NCBI GenBank assembly: GCA_000002445.1
Contig: CM000208.1
Coordinates: forward strand, 1,120,001-1,184,000
Direction of reading: 5' to 3'
Length of the DNA: 64,000 bases
DNA from: Trypanosoma brucei
Lineage: Eukaryota
Shown: positions 32,399-43,105 of the stretch, piece by piece
Position numbering within the stretch: position 1 is the first letter of the stretch
How the letters are laid out: each line of letters opens with the position of its first letter
Program-made: the position numbers and the translations under genes
Notes under the pieces: generated by a model
What the model saw: only the letters and a program-made list of their open reading frames with translations
Told to the model about the DNA's origin: nothing
Database searches by the model: none

Positions 32399-35371
32399 CT
32401 ACATGATATAGACAATAACATTCATCTTGCCATTTTGCTGGTCTAAAGGAATTGAATGAACAGAAGTGGTGTTGTTCCGCCGCATCGCCTCCGCCCTTAA
32501 GAGCAGCGAAGCGGTGGCAACCACATCGTCACTCCCATCGGCGCCAATCCGGAAAAATAAGACTTTGCTCTCGTTTGTTAGGGGTGTGCTCCACTCTAAC
32601 TGAGTTTCCGGGAAACAGATACGGAAGAAAGCGCCCGCCGAAAAGAGTGTTTGTGTCTCGGACAACCTGCAAGTGACTCCTTTCTCTTCCTCACTACCGT
32701 ACATGGCGACCTTGAGTGACCCAGCGAGGTCATTAGTTACGAGCGCAACGTTGTAGAGTCGCACTATCACCTGCGTAGCAGCCTCCCGGATAAGCACAGG
32801 CGGCGAAAGGCTCCGCTGGTGAACAAAGTTGCGGAGCACATCTCGCCCGACAAGTTCCTCAACAATAATGGCGTCTCGTCCCCAATAAAACTCCTTGAAG
32901 AGTGAACCAAAGAGCTGACGACTTCGTTGCCGTTGGGCTTCACGCTTAGTGACAAATGATTCCTCCTGACGGCGGAAGTAATCCATAAGAGCTTCTACTC
33001 CCGTGCGCTCTACCTCCGGTTCCTTGTGTGCGCTTCGTTGCTGCCACTCATCCTCTCGTGATATTATTCGATCAAACAGACGGCGCAAAGCCTCGTAAGA
33101 ATCTTCAACACACTTGTGGATATGGCAACGGCACACGCTCTCTTCCCTCATTAACATCAACAGTAACCTTTCATTCGTTTCGCACGCCGCAGTTTTTCTC
33201 CTTCCCTCGGGTTCCACTGTGTGAACAAGTTCATCGGAAAGACGCTGAAGGAGCTCTTCTAACGACATATATTGTGTAATAGATCGAGTCGACCAGAGCT
33301 CTTCTGAGCAGTATTTTACGGGCCGGTATCCCCCGCGTGAGATGAACAGGGCACCAATAGTTGTTTCTGCTTCGGTTATAATGCTCAAACGCCCGTCAAG
33401 CTCATCCACCTCACAGGACAAAAGATAGGGACGGCTGTACCTGAAGCTCTTTGTTAGGAATTTCCACCGTTGCTGAGCTCCCGTGCCTAAGTCTAACCGC
33501 ACGAATTGTTCCACATCCACCAACTTCTCAAGCGCAATACCACAAAGCCCCCGCTGGAACTCCACTGCTATGTCCATGCGGTTCCACTGTTCCACATCGC
33601 TAAGTATGTTCGCATATACCCATCGTCGACCGTAGGACTCACTTACAACAACCTCCTTGCGTCTACATTTCTCCCTTTCCAGCAATGCCCACTGGTCCGA
33701 ATATTGTCTCCGGTACCATTCTTCCACTAATTTGGGGTCGGGCCCAGCATACACTGGCTGCACCGGTTCATCGTCGACAGGACTGCTAGACGGCGCAGCT
33801 TCCTGAAGAACAATGACCGACCAAGCGCTGCGAGCTTCAGAAATAATCGCAATTCGTTCATTTTCTTCATCGTTCAAGAGTTTCTCGCAGAGCTGCGTTC
33901 CCAAAGTTGCATAACTGCTTCTAACCATCGACTCCCAACAGCTTGCTTCTACCTCCATAATCGCAGCTGCCCTTCCTGCTGCGGTTAATTCACATAGCTG
34001 AAGATGAGAGAACATCATCAAATTCATCGCTTCCTCTATCTCAGCCTCGATAAGCCGCTTCCGGCAGCATTCCTCCTCAGATTCAACGATCATCGCGCTT
34101 TCCATCATCCGTTTAGACCAAACAAAACTGTGATACATATTTTTAAGCTGGGTGTACTCCACACTTTCCTCTGCCCAAAGTTCTCTAAGTTTGTGAACTA
34201 CATCGTAATAGAACTCGTCGTGCTCAGCTTCAAACTTTTCTATTTGTCTCTTCTCACGGTTGTGGCACTCCCCAATTGCGTGGAAGCCGTGTCTCCACTG
34301 GTCAAACACACACATTCGCTCGTACCACTCAAGCCTGTACACAATGTCGGCAGCATCACCTGGTTTTAGCGCTTGATTGAGCAATTCCCGCCACCCAAGG
34401 TAGAACCCCACACGTATTTCCTGACGCTTCTCCATTTCGTACCTCTCAAGAACGGCACGAAGGTCCATTTCCCTGATGGGTACATTAAGCAGAAGACGTG
34501 CGACTTCTCTCATTCGTTCGTCATCAACGAGCTTTCGTCTAATCAAGGATGCACGCATAACTGAAGTCACCATGAGCCGTGAGGCGCTGTTTTCTAGTTC
34601 ATTGGCCAATATTGCAAGATTCTGGAGGCTCAGTCGCTCCAAAGAGCACCGCTCACGCTCCTCCTCAGCATCAAGTAACACAATATCACGTTTAAAGTTG
34701 TCGGAACGACAGCGAGCCCAGAAAGAGACACGATACGATTGTTGGAATAGAAGCTCCATGCCGATGTGTCGACTCGCTTCGAGGAAGCGCCTCCTGGTAA
34801 CCTCCTTGCGGCACATTCCTTCCAACTCGATTAGCTCTCTGCGTCGATCGGCTTCTACCGCTGCCATCTTCCCAAGAAAATGTCCGTACAGATTTTCAAT
34901 TCGCTCACGAGCAAATACGTTATAAGCTAAATATCTGCTATACATCTCATCCCACACAACTTTGAAGAACGCTGCCCTCTTTCCGACTTCTGAAACGGAG
35001 GCAAGCCAGAGCAAGTTGCGGCACTGCTCCTCTTCCTCACACAGTAAAGAGTATTCCTCTGCAATGTATTGTCCAGTGAGGAATGCCTTTTGCATCTTTA
35101 CTCGGCATCGTGATTCCTGGCAGGTGACAACCCCCCGCAACTCTTCCTCAAAGGCGGCGAGATCCTCGAGCGAGCTGATCCCTTTCAGCTGCCGCACCAT
35201 TTGACGCGTCCTCAAGCTCCCCTTCGCTGGCATACAGGTGACTGGCTTCACGGGTTTGTCTGATGCCTCTAGAAGTAGATCATTTAAGATACCGTAAAGC
35301 GGCGTGTAACCATTTTTTTCGGTCGATGCAGCGACAGCGGCGCTAACGGTGAGCACCGCTGTTTTTGGCAT
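32399..35371 (-). CDS. Large hypothetical protein (about 990 aa), acidic/coiled-coil-rich
   Basis: Continuous 1006-codon ORF on the array strand. The track start is TTG. The first ATG is about 35371 (MPKTAVLTV…). No recognisable domain. Confidence 0.55.
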   Translation of the reverse strand: MPKTAVLTVSAAVAASTEKNGYTPLYGILNDLLLEASDKPVKPVTCMPAKGSLRTRQMVRQLKGISSLEDLAAFEEELRGVVTCQESRCRVKMQKAFLTGQYIAEEYSLLCEEEEQCRNLLWLASVSEVGKRAAFFKVVWDEMYSRYLAYNVFARERIENLYGHFLGKMAAVEADRRRELIELEGMCRKEVTRRRFLEASRHIGMELLFQQSYRVSFWARCRSDNFKRDIVLLDAEEERERCSLERLSLQNLAILANELENSASRLMVTSVMRASLIRRKLVDDERMREVARLLLNVPIREMDLRAVLERYEMEKRQEIRVGFYLGWRELLNQALKPGDAADIVYRLEWYERMCVFDQWRHGFHAIGECHNREKRQIEKFEAEHDEFYYDVVHKLRELWAEESVEYTQLKNMYHSFVWSKRMMESAMIVESEEECCRKRLIEAEIEEAMNLMMFSHLQLCELTAAGRAAAIMEVEASCWESMVRSSYATLGTQLCEKLLNDEENERIAIISEARSAWSVIVLQEAAPSSSPVDDEPVQPVYAGPDPKLVEEWYRRQYSDQWALLEREKCRRKEVVVSESYGRRWVYANILSDVEQWNRMDIAVEFQRGLCGIALEKLVDVEQFVRLDLGTGAQQRWKFLTKSFRYSRPYLLSCEVDELDGRLSIITEAETTIGALFISRGGYRPVKYCSEELWSTRSITQYMSLEELLQRLSDELVHTVEPEGRRKTAACETNERLLLMLMREESVCRCHIHKCVEDSYEALRRLFDRIISREDEWQQRSAHKEPEVERTGVEALMDYFRRQEESFVTKREAQRQRSRQLFGSLFKEFYWGRDAIIVEELVGRDVLRNFVHQRSLSPPVLIREAATQVIVRLYNVALVTNDLAGSLKVAMYGSEEEKGVTCRLSETQTLFSAGAFFRICFPETQLEWSTPLTNESKVLFFRIGADGSDDVVATASLLLRAEAMRRNNTTSVHSIPLDQQNGKMNVIVYIM

Positions 35372-35769
35372 CGAGGCCACTTCGTAATTCCCCTTCCGAA
35401 GGGGGAGAGTAACTAACAAAATGAAATGTAACAGTAATAAAGAAATAGAAAATAGATATTAAAAAAAAAGGAACACAATGTGACCTTGGAAAACGGCTGT
35501 TTGTTTCAACGAATGTAATGAAGAAGAAAAGACAGAAACACAATAATCAGCAGATAGAGAAGACGAACTTCCATTACATAATGTCCCCTCAGAGAAGGAA
35601 AGAAGAAAAGAAGGAAGGGGGTGAAGAAAACAACAGAGGATAAACCTTCTCTCTTAAGCACGTAGTTGGTTCCACGAGGGCCCCGTATGTATTTGAGCGC
35701 CCACCGAATGTTGACAACCTTAAGTAGGCAAGTGCCGCCACAGGAAGAAAACGGGGAGATAAGTACTCC

Positions 35770-36744
35770 TCAGCTGGCTTTCCGGAAGCACAACGAGCGG
35801 TACAGTGTGGCCAGTTCCATTTCACCTCCGACCAAATAGCGCTCCTTATTTTTGGAGGGGTCGTCCTTATAAGTCTCATAGAATGAGCCAAAGTGTTTGG
35901 AGAACTTCACCATCTCCTCCAGACCGTGCTGTTTCGCACAATCGCGGACATAGTCGAGTGGGACAACATACTCATCACAGTCTACAAACCCATCGAGATT
36001 GAAACGATATCTCGTTCCGACCACTAGTCTGTCGTATTCAAACTGAGGCTCAGAATCGAAGTGGATAGAAAACAAGCCTTTGCTCTCCATCCGGTTCGCC
36101 GCAACACGCTTCGCCAGAACTTCTTCATCGACAGTTGTTGCAATGAATACACCTTCAGGGGCCAAAGCTCTGGCAATTGCTCCCAATAACATGTCAATAC
36201 GTTCGAGCGTATCACAAGCATAGTGAAACGCGAACTGGATGGAAACAATGTCAAATTTTCCAAAATGCTGAGTAAGGGGTAATTCGCGAAGGAGAAAATC
36301 CTCACTAAAGCAATCCTTAACAGTAAATGAGCAACGACACACGGTGTCCGGAGCAATTTTTTTGTATCGGCTTTCCGCCTCGGCAATACATTCTGGCGAC
36401 ACATCGTAACACTCCACATACGCGGCTTTTGTTAGACGCTCACGCGGCAACTTTGCCGTCGCAAAACTGAGCTCAGGACTTTGGCAATGCAGCCATTTTC
36501 CCAGATCACCGCCCCTTCCGCTGGCCAAGTCAAGCACGATAGCATCGCGCCTTCCCGTTGTTACCTTAATATGGTCCAGTGCACACTGAATAAGGCACTT
36601 TTTCACGTAGTTACTGAAGAAACGAAATGGCGTTTCTTTGCTTTTCATATCTCCAGCGCGCTTCTTTACGACTTGGTCGTATGAAGCTGCAGTCCGTAGG
36701 CTCTCCATTAAGGTTACGCTTTCACCCCTTTTACGGCAGTTCAT
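35770..36744 (-). CDS. CMT1: mRNA cap guanine-N7 methyltransferase (TbCMT1-like), 324 aa
   Basis: Cap-MTase motifs …VLDLASGRGGDLGKW… (SAM site) and …FDIVSIQFAFHY… (cap-binding). The internal ATG at about 36744 (MNCRKRG…) yields 324 aa. The upstream 31 aa of the track ORF are polyY-tract translation. Confidence 0.85.
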   Translation of the reverse strand: MNCRKRGESVTLMESLRTAASYDQVVKKRAGDMKSKETPFRFFSNYVKKCLIQCALDHIKVTTGRRDAIVLDLASGRGGDLGKWLHCQSPELSFATAKLPRERLTKAAYVECYDVSPECIAEAESRYKKIAPDTVCRCSFTVKDCFSEDFLLRELPLTQHFGKFDIVSIQFAFHYACDTLERIDMLLGAIARALAPEGVFIATTVDEEVLAKRVAANRMESKGLFSIHFDSEPQFEYDRLVVGTRYRFNLDGFVDCDEYVVPLDYVRDCAKQHGLEEMVKFSKHFGSFYETYKDDPSKNKERYLVGGEMELATLYRSLCFRKAS

Positions 36745-37200
36745 AGAAAAAAAGATGAATGAAACGATACAGCAAAATTCATACAATATCAACAAATACA
36801 TCTTCATCCGCTTGAAAACTTTAAAAGAAACACGCATATACGCAGCACAAACACGAAAGGAGGAAAGCAGAACAACCCTGCTGCCCGCCTTTTCTTTGAT
36901 TTGTTACCTTCCACTCACCTGCTCTCAGGGAGAGCAGTTTCCTCTTCACCTAACTTTCTTTTCCTGCTGACCTTGTGTCCTTACCTTCAGTGCTTCTGCA
37001 ATATGCGCTTCTCTCCCCCTTTATCTGATTCCTCCTCCTCCTCGTCTTCGTCTTCAAAATTCACTTTCTTTCCTGGTGCCGCTTTTAATGTTACCCCAAG
37101 GTTGCGCCTCATTCGCACGTGAGGTGAAACTAGAATCAAGAAAACGGGAGTTCGACGAAACTATATGAAAGGCAACTAAAGAGGTTCCAATCCAAGACGG

Positions 37201-38277
37201 TCACGGATAACTGGATAGCGCTGCGAGTGCGCGATTAACAACACGAACCACCATTGTGGTGGCAGTGATCACTTCATTTCCGCCAAAATCAACACCGAGT
37301 CGAAATCCACAAACACGAAGCAATTGGAGAGCCGGCCGTACAGGAGCCAACTTGGTGCAGAAAGCATTCGTAGATGTTTTTAGCAACCGTTTTGATGTGT
37401 CGAACGGGTTGTCACGAATATTCGTTAAAATTGTTCGAAGCATCTTTAAGCATTGTTGTGCCGTGACGGCGTCATTAAAATTTGCTACTGCAGCGGCGAG
37501 TTCCGGAAGGGAAGAGGCAGCCATGGGAGGCTCGTTGGTGAACACCTCATCCAATGATACAGGAGGCGGTGCCGCCAAGCTCTGAAGGTTCCATACCGTA
37601 GGGGCAGTTCCCGTTTGCGACGTGCCATGTTGCCACTGCTCCATGTCCACCTGAGCTAACGCCTGTTCACGCTTTTTACGTGCCTCTTCTTCAATTTCCT
37701 CCTCCGCTTTCCGTCTTGCCTCCTCAGGCATGGAACCCTCGCGAATAAACTTGTCCGTGAGAATTTGTATCCTGACCCGGCGGCGGGCGGCGAGGTCCTG
37801 TTGCTTCTGCTTCCGAACGGCTTCAAGCTCCGCTTCCCTTCGGATCTTATCAAGTTCTTCCTTCACCTCGATAGCCTTTCTGCCCATGGAAACTCGTTTG
37901 CGCTCATCCTCCAGGGCCTGTCTCTTTTCCTCCTCCATCTTGGCTCGTGCTTTCCCGCGAAGTTCCTGCACCTTTGCCTCCCGTTCCGCTTCAGTCAGCA
38001 CCCTTTTCACCCTTACCACAACCTCCACCCCCTCCTCCAGAGGTGTATTGAGCTCGGGATGATCCTCGTGCATTGTTATCCACTGTGTGCAGGTACCTTC
38101 ATCCACACAACCCGCTACTATAGACTTTTTAATTGCGTTTTCACTGAAACCCTTCGCCTGTAGCGATTCAAACAGAGATTGACTTATGTAGTACTTCCTC
38201 TTTTCACTGTCAGAGTGCTCAGAATCACTTTGACAGTCACGTGTACTTACGTCGTGTTCCCCATTTCGGTCAGTCAT
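37201..38277 (-). CDS. UBA-like + PUB (PUG) domain protein (p97/VCP-adaptor-like)
   Basis: N-terminal UBA-like helix bundle (…YISQSLFESLQAKGFSENAIKKSIVAG…), a central charged coiled coil, and a C-terminal PUB-domain signature (…ILTNIRDNPFDTSKRLLKTSTNAFCTKL…LLRVCGF). The first ATG is about 38277 (MTDRNGE…). Confidence 0.65.
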   Translation of the reverse strand: MTDRNGEHDVSTRDCQSDSEHSDSEKRKYYISQSLFESLQAKGFSENAIKKSIVAGCVDEGTCTQWITMHEDHPELNTPLEEGVEVVVRVKRVLTEAEREAKVQELRGKARAKMEEEKRQALEDERKRVSMGRKAIEVKEELDKIRREAELEAVRKQKQQDLAARRRVRIQILTDKFIREGSMPEEARRKAEEEIEEEARKKREQALAQVDMEQWQHGTSQTGTAPTVWNLQSLAAPPPVSLDEVFTNEPPMAASSLPELAAAVANFNDAVTAQQCLKMLRTILTNIRDNPFDTSKRLLKTSTNAFCTKLAPVRPALQLLRVCGFRLGVDFGGNEVITATTMVVRVVNRALAALSSYP

Positions 38278-38702
38278 CGGCACTATGTCGTCTTCCCCCA
38301 CGCAGACCCCGAAAGAGATGAGCAGTAACGCAACAAAACAATACCAAAGAAAAAAAACGCCAAGCAAAAATCTGTAGTGGTAAAAATACAGATGCAACCC
38401 CAGCGAGGATCTGCCCTGCTGACGTGTATACACGCGTGCATTTTGGACAATTTCACAAAAGGGGGTCAATTAGCACTAGTGGTGTAATGTGGGAACAAAG
38501 CAGCTGAGAAGGGGGATCAAAGGTGTTAAAAATCAAGGAAAGGAGAACAGTGCTGTCTTGCTTTCCCTCTCAAAGGAAAGCACACAAAGGCACACACATC
38601 CACATACATATGCGTGTACCGATATGAATATACGAAAGACGGGTGATGAGGCAGGCATCCGCCGCAGCAGAAAAAAAAAAATGGACTGCTGCCGCCTTTT
38701 AT

Positions 38703-40139
38703 TCACCCGACGGAGGTGCTCGCCTCGGTGGATGACTGCAAGCGGGGCCGCAACGTAATGGTCGATAAACGTGGCTCCCCCAACCTGTTGTACGTACAAC
38801 ACCATACGGCCCGATGGGCACAGGGCTTGTGAACCGCCTCCTCTACCGGCGGGCCTCCAAAGAATGAAAGTATCGCTCGCAACACGGCTTGGTGAGCAAC
38901 AACTAATATTCCTTTGCGTGTAGCATTAAGGTCATACAGGATAGGTACCAGCCGGCGTTTCAGATCGTGGTAAGATTCGCCGTTGGGGTAACGGAACCCA
39001 GCCTTATCTGTGTGACGGAAAAACTGGATACTCGGGTACTGCTCCTTTACCTCGTTGGCTGTCATGTCTTCACACACACCGGCGTGAATCTCGTTTAGCA
39101 TTTTAAATGCCTTTAAGTTTCCATTCGTGAGAACGTCGGCTGAAGGTTGCGCTGTGTGCCTCGTACGCTTCAACTGGCTACACCAAACCTCAAATCCCTC
39201 CGTTTCATCCCATATCGAATCTCTTGTCGCAAAGAGCCGGGGGTTCCGCACCACCTGATCGCGAAAAAACTCCGCCAACGTCAGCGCATCGTCCACACCC
39301 AGAGGCGTAATGTCCGGGTCTCCACCGAGGCGATCCTCCAAATTGTACTCCGACTGCCCATGCCGTGTAAAGAAGAGCGGACACCCCGACCGCAGTGTCT
39401 CCTCGGGGGATCCGGACAGAGGCTCGTGAAGATGAATATGGTGGAGCGTCGGAAGGCAACTGTTGAGGTAACTCGTTATTTTTGCACAGGTGCTACTTCC
39501 ACGGCACTTAGTCAGACGGTAAGCGGGTTGCCTTAAACATACGTTAATATAGCTGCAATCCACTGGATTGCTTTCCCTCCAACTATCCCCAAACCAGATA
39601 TGGCGCACGAAAAGGTTTTCCATGCTCCCAAGCATTTTGTGCACTGTATCGTATGCCGCCTGTGACTCGCAGTCCGCTAGGACTATTACCACCGGTTCCG
39701 TTAAGGTACCGCGCTTTCGAGCTGACTCGACGTGCTCGAGCGATTTTGCCAAACACGTTTCCATGCATTTCCTCCACGCAGCAGCATCATCTTCATGTCG
39801 ATAGACGTTAAAATCCCGCGGCGAGGGGCCGGCAAGAAAAAAAGCAGCGTCCTTATAACACCAAAGAAGATAGTGAAGGAGTTTCGTGCAGAAGAACCGC
39901 GCCACCAGACCGCAGTTCGGGGGGGAGCTCACCAGGACAAACACTGCGCTCACAGAAGTACTTAAACTACTTCCAGGCACATTCTCGCTGCCTTCCCTCT
40001 GGCACCAGGGAGGGGCGGTAAAAGCGTACTCATCTGCTCGATTAAATGGTCCGACAAAACGACAGAAGTCAATCGAATTCTCCTCGAGTCGATCACTAAT
40101 TTTGATGTTACTTTGCAAAGGGATCGTTGACTGAGTCAT
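38703..40139 (-). CDS. 6-phosphofructo-2-kinase/fructose-2,6-bisphosphatase-like protein with a degenerate kinase domain
   Basis: The C-terminal histidine-phosphatase domain carries the catalytic RHG motif (…LFFTRHGQSEYNLEDRLGGD…). The N-terminal PFK-2-like region lacks any GxxxxGK[ST] Walker A motif (…VFVLVSSPPNCGLVARFF…). ATG start. Confidence 0.75.
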   Translation of the reverse strand: MTQSTIPLQSNIKISDRLEENSIDFCRFVGPFNRADEYAFTAPPWCQREGSENVPGSSLSTSVSAVFVLVSSPPNCGLVARFFCTKLLHYLLWCYKDAAFFLAGPSPRDFNVYRHEDDAAAWRKCMETCLAKSLEHVESARKRGTLTEPVVIVLADCESQAAYDTVHKMLGSMENLFVRHIWFGDSWRESNPVDCSYINVCLRQPAYRLTKCRGSSTCAKITSYLNSCLPTLHHIHLHEPLSGSPEETLRSGCPLFFTRHGQSEYNLEDRLGGDPDITPLGVDDALTLAEFFRDQVVRNPRLFATRDSIWDETEGFEVWCSQLKRTRHTAQPSADVLTNGNLKAFKMLNEIHAGVCEDMTANEVKEQYPSIQFFRHTDKAGFRYPNGESYHDLKRRLVPILYDLNATRKGILVVAHQAVLRAILSFFGGPPVEEAVHKPCAHRAVWCCTYNRLGEPRLSTITLRPRLQSSTEASTSVG

Positions 40140-40473
40140 ATAATCTCACACCCCACTCCTACTTGCGCTATTCACACATAGGTAACAAAAGAGACGTGTT
40201 TACGAGCATACTCACTAGCAGTATTACAATTTCATCCATACATGCAAAGTAAAGAAGGGCACTCAAAAGCATCCCCTGCAACGCAAGAACACCTTTGACA
40301 AAAAATGTTACAGAGCGAATACACGCACCCGCTCATATACGTGTATATAGTCACACCTACGTACGAATGCACACGCACGTACGGTTCCACACACTTACAG
40401 AACCACACAAAACAACATGTCATTAACAACAACTCCAACAATCATCGACACGGCAAACCGCATTGCAAGTCGG

Positions 40474-41337
40474 CTACCGCTTCCCATCCTCCAACATCAT
40501 CTTCTGAATGATTTCATCCTTCTGCTGTAGTAACTCACGGCGCCTTTGATCCGTAAGAGCCGGCACGAACGCGCGTGAAGCTGATCTCCGTTGCTTGTGA
40601 CTGTCACCCTTCATGACGAAACGGTAGCCAAACTTCAGAAATGCAAAGACCATTAACATTATAACCAATGGAACCGGCGACTCGGAGTCCTCCCCTTCAG
40701 CTCTGTTGATCCTAAAAATAGCACTGCAGTTACTCGTTTTCCCAGCGAGCAGAAACACTATGAGGAATCTGTCACTTTTCATACCCTCAATCCAATATCC
40801 TTGCAAATTGAACGGTGCCCTTGCGCATCCACTATCATCAGCAGGGATATGCAACGGTTGCGGTTCTCTTAGCAAGCCACCAAGCTTCGTCTCCCCGCGT
40901 TCCTGTAGCAGCGGGATCAACTTCGCGTCGGTGCAGTTGGAGAGGCGAAGGCCGTCGACCGTTATTTTCATCCTCAGTGAATCCGGTAATGTCAGTGACC
41001 ACTCAGTAGGAACACACTGAACAGATTGATCCGCCTCGTTCGTAAAAATAGAGAAGAAACTGACGACTGACATGACGGCATTCGACAAAACACTTTGCAA
41101 GACCTCACGCCGTAACAGTACTTCCTCGCTCGATACCTCCAACACGAAACCCGTACGCTGCGGCTGGTTACCGGAAAGCCAAAAAACACTCCAATTCCCT
41201 TTCATTTTTCCGTAGAAAACGCTCCTGTCTGAAACGGCTGCAACCGAAGAGGCCTTCACAGTCCTCCAACTACAAACACCCACAACCGTGACGAAGAGAG
41301 ACAGCACCACCCATCCCCTCCAGCTTGCATTCATCAT
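40474..41337 (-). CDS. Type I membrane protein, hypothetical (signal peptide + lumenal domain + C-terminal transmembrane segment)
   Basis: ATG start. N-terminal signal-like hydrophobic stretch (WVVLSLFVTVVGVCS), N-glycosylation sequons, one transmembrane segment near the C-terminus (PLVIMLMVFAFL) and a short charged tail. Confidence 0.55.
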   Translation of the reverse strand: MMNASWRGWVVLSLFVTVVGVCSWRTVKASSVAAVSDRSVFYGKMKGNWSVFWLSGNQPQRTGFVLEVSSEEVLLRREVLQSVLSNAVMSVVSFFSIFTNEADQSVQCVPTEWSLTLPDSLRMKITVDGLRLSNCTDAKLIPLLQERGETKLGGLLREPQPLHIPADDSGCARAPFNLQGYWIEGMKSDRFLIVFLLAGKTSNCSAIFRINRAEGEDSESPVPLVIMLMVFAFLKFGYRFVMKGDSHKQRRSASRAFVPALTDQRRRELLQQKDEIIQKMMLEDGKR

Positions 41338-41516
41338 TCTCCTTTTCTCTTAATTTCCGGTATTGCTCACGAAAAGGTTGTGAACAGCCAGTAAACAGTG
41401 AAAAAGTGCCGAACTTACATATACGCCCATGGAGGAATGAGAAGGGGGAAATAAAGAAGTGATGTGCGCAGACCACTACGCGAATGATATGTGGTGCGAC
41501 CCAAGCGCCACCAACG

Positions 41517-42068
41517 TTACCCACCAAGCAAAAACGGCCGCTTCGCGAACGCCATCCAAAATTTGTTCCCCGTTCCATCTTCCTCAGGAAACAGGAAGAT
41601 TTTTTCAACGAGCCGACTTCCCGCCTCTACACGAAGCTGCGTGGCATACGATTTCCATCTATCTTGCTCAGAGTCATCTCCTGGTGAAAAAAAGCGGCTG
41701 AACACGAACCCTTCATCCACGGGAGCAACGACGCCCTCCACGGCGCGGTTAAGCATTGCCTTCTGAGCCTCATTACGATTAAGACCAACCAAACTTTTGA
41801 TGCATTCGTGAAGGTACCACGTGAGGTATAAGATAACGCGATCTCCCGCTCCCCTGATGGGAAACGCGCGTCTAACCAAATGTGTTTTTAGAAAGTACAG
41901 CGCTTCGTCAACTATGTCTTGTGGTTCCCCCTCCCCCTCGATGGGATCTATCACCTCACTCATGGGTCGCGAAGGACCGTTGGGAGTGTCCAGTGAGGTA
42001 CGGCGCAACGGATACACGCCACAACCAAGTAAAGTGCTCTCCTCATAACCGTTCCACTGACTCTCCAT
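41517..42068 (-). CDS. ARPC3: Actin-related protein 2/3 complex subunit 3 (ARPC3/p21-Arc)
   Basis: …DIVDEALYFLKTHLV…GDRVILYLTWYLHECIKSL…LRVEAGSRLVEKIF…KFWMAFAKRPFL… aligns block by block with animal ARPC3 (DIVDEAIYYFKANVFF…RTLIYITLYISECLKKL…LRQETGLRLCEKVF…KWWTCFVKRQFM). ATG start. Confidence 0.8.
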   Translation of the reverse strand: MESQWNGYEESTLLGCGVYPLRRTSLDTPNGPSRPMSEVIDPIEGEGEPQDIVDEALYFLKTHLVRRAFPIRGAGDRVILYLTWYLHECIKSLVGLNRNEAQKAMLNRAVEGVVAPVDEGFVFSRFFSPGDDSEQDRWKSYATQLRVEAGSRLVEKIFLFPEEDGTGNKFWMAFAKRPFLLGG

Positions 42069-42308
42069 TTCAAATTTCTAAAACTGTGTCGTAATAAAGG
42101 TGAGGAAACGGGAGTGTACAGGGAACGATACTACAGGGACAAATACAACTTTTGTGGCATTTTGCGTATGGCTACGCTACGTCCAAAGCCGTCACAGCCC
42201 AATGGACACCGGCAGAAGCAGCAACGACAGCAAATTTTAAAAAAAGGTCTTGCAGCCCTTTCACGCAAAATGACAAAGATAGACACGAGTAGTGAAGAAT
42301 CAGGCACT

Positions 42309-42779
42309 TCAAGGCTTCTTAACGGTATTCATCACGTTAGTGCGAAGGAGATCGTCAACCTTCCCTTGTTTGGACTCCATCTCCAACTCACGTTGATGTC
42401 GCCACACGCGCATCCTCAGCCCGTCCTCCTCCATCACTCTCTGCAGCTCGTTCTGATTGTACGGGTACCTCTCGAAAATACCCGTCCTCATCATGCCGCT
42501 ACCATAACGCTCAACGTAAAACATAACCTCCTTCCTCCCCAACCACCTGTAATCATCAAGCGGCTCCTCACCGCTTTTAGAGCGAGCACACCTCCACAGC
42601 AGCTTCGCAAGCTGAAATTGATTAACCGGGGAGTCAAGACGCAAAAATGAACCCATGAAGTCCTGAAAACGATCATCACAGCGCCACGGACGCATACCGT
42701 AATATATACTGCGACCGGTAACTACGTTAAGAGCCTCTGGTGCATCCACAACCCTAGAATAATGAGGTGTGCTACCCAT
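42309..42779 (-). CDS. Hypothetical protein (156 aa), basic, possibly mitochondrial
   Basis: ATG-initiated ORF on the array strand with regular spacing to its neighbours. No recognisable domain. Confidence 0.45.
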   Translation of the reverse strand: MGSTPHYSRVVDAPEALNVVTGRSIYYGMRPWRCDDRFQDFMGSFLRLDSPVNQFQLAKLLWRCARSKSGEEPLDDYRWLGRKEVMFYVERYGSGMMRTGIFERYPYNQNELQRVMEEDGLRMRVWRHQRELEMESKQGKVDDLLRTNVMNTVKKP

Positions 42780-43105
42780 TCACCACTCACTGCAGTTCCA
42801 CTAGCAATTAGTACCAGTCTAATCTACAAGAAAAAATGTGAAAAACAGAAACACAAGAATTTAGTACTTACCTACCACGGTACAAAAAAATTTACAGACA
42901 ACACAAACAACATCAAATCAAAAATATATATCAGAAACTTTACTTAGTATTCTCAATTATCTCATGATCATGTTTAAGTTTACTACAATCCTAGTTTATT
43001 TCTTAAAACCCAAATAGTAACTACCAACCCCTTTCCCCAACACCGCATTAAAAAAGAGGTTTTACTGACGCAGTTACGAGTAAAACGAAAAACTAATTAT
43101 ACCGC

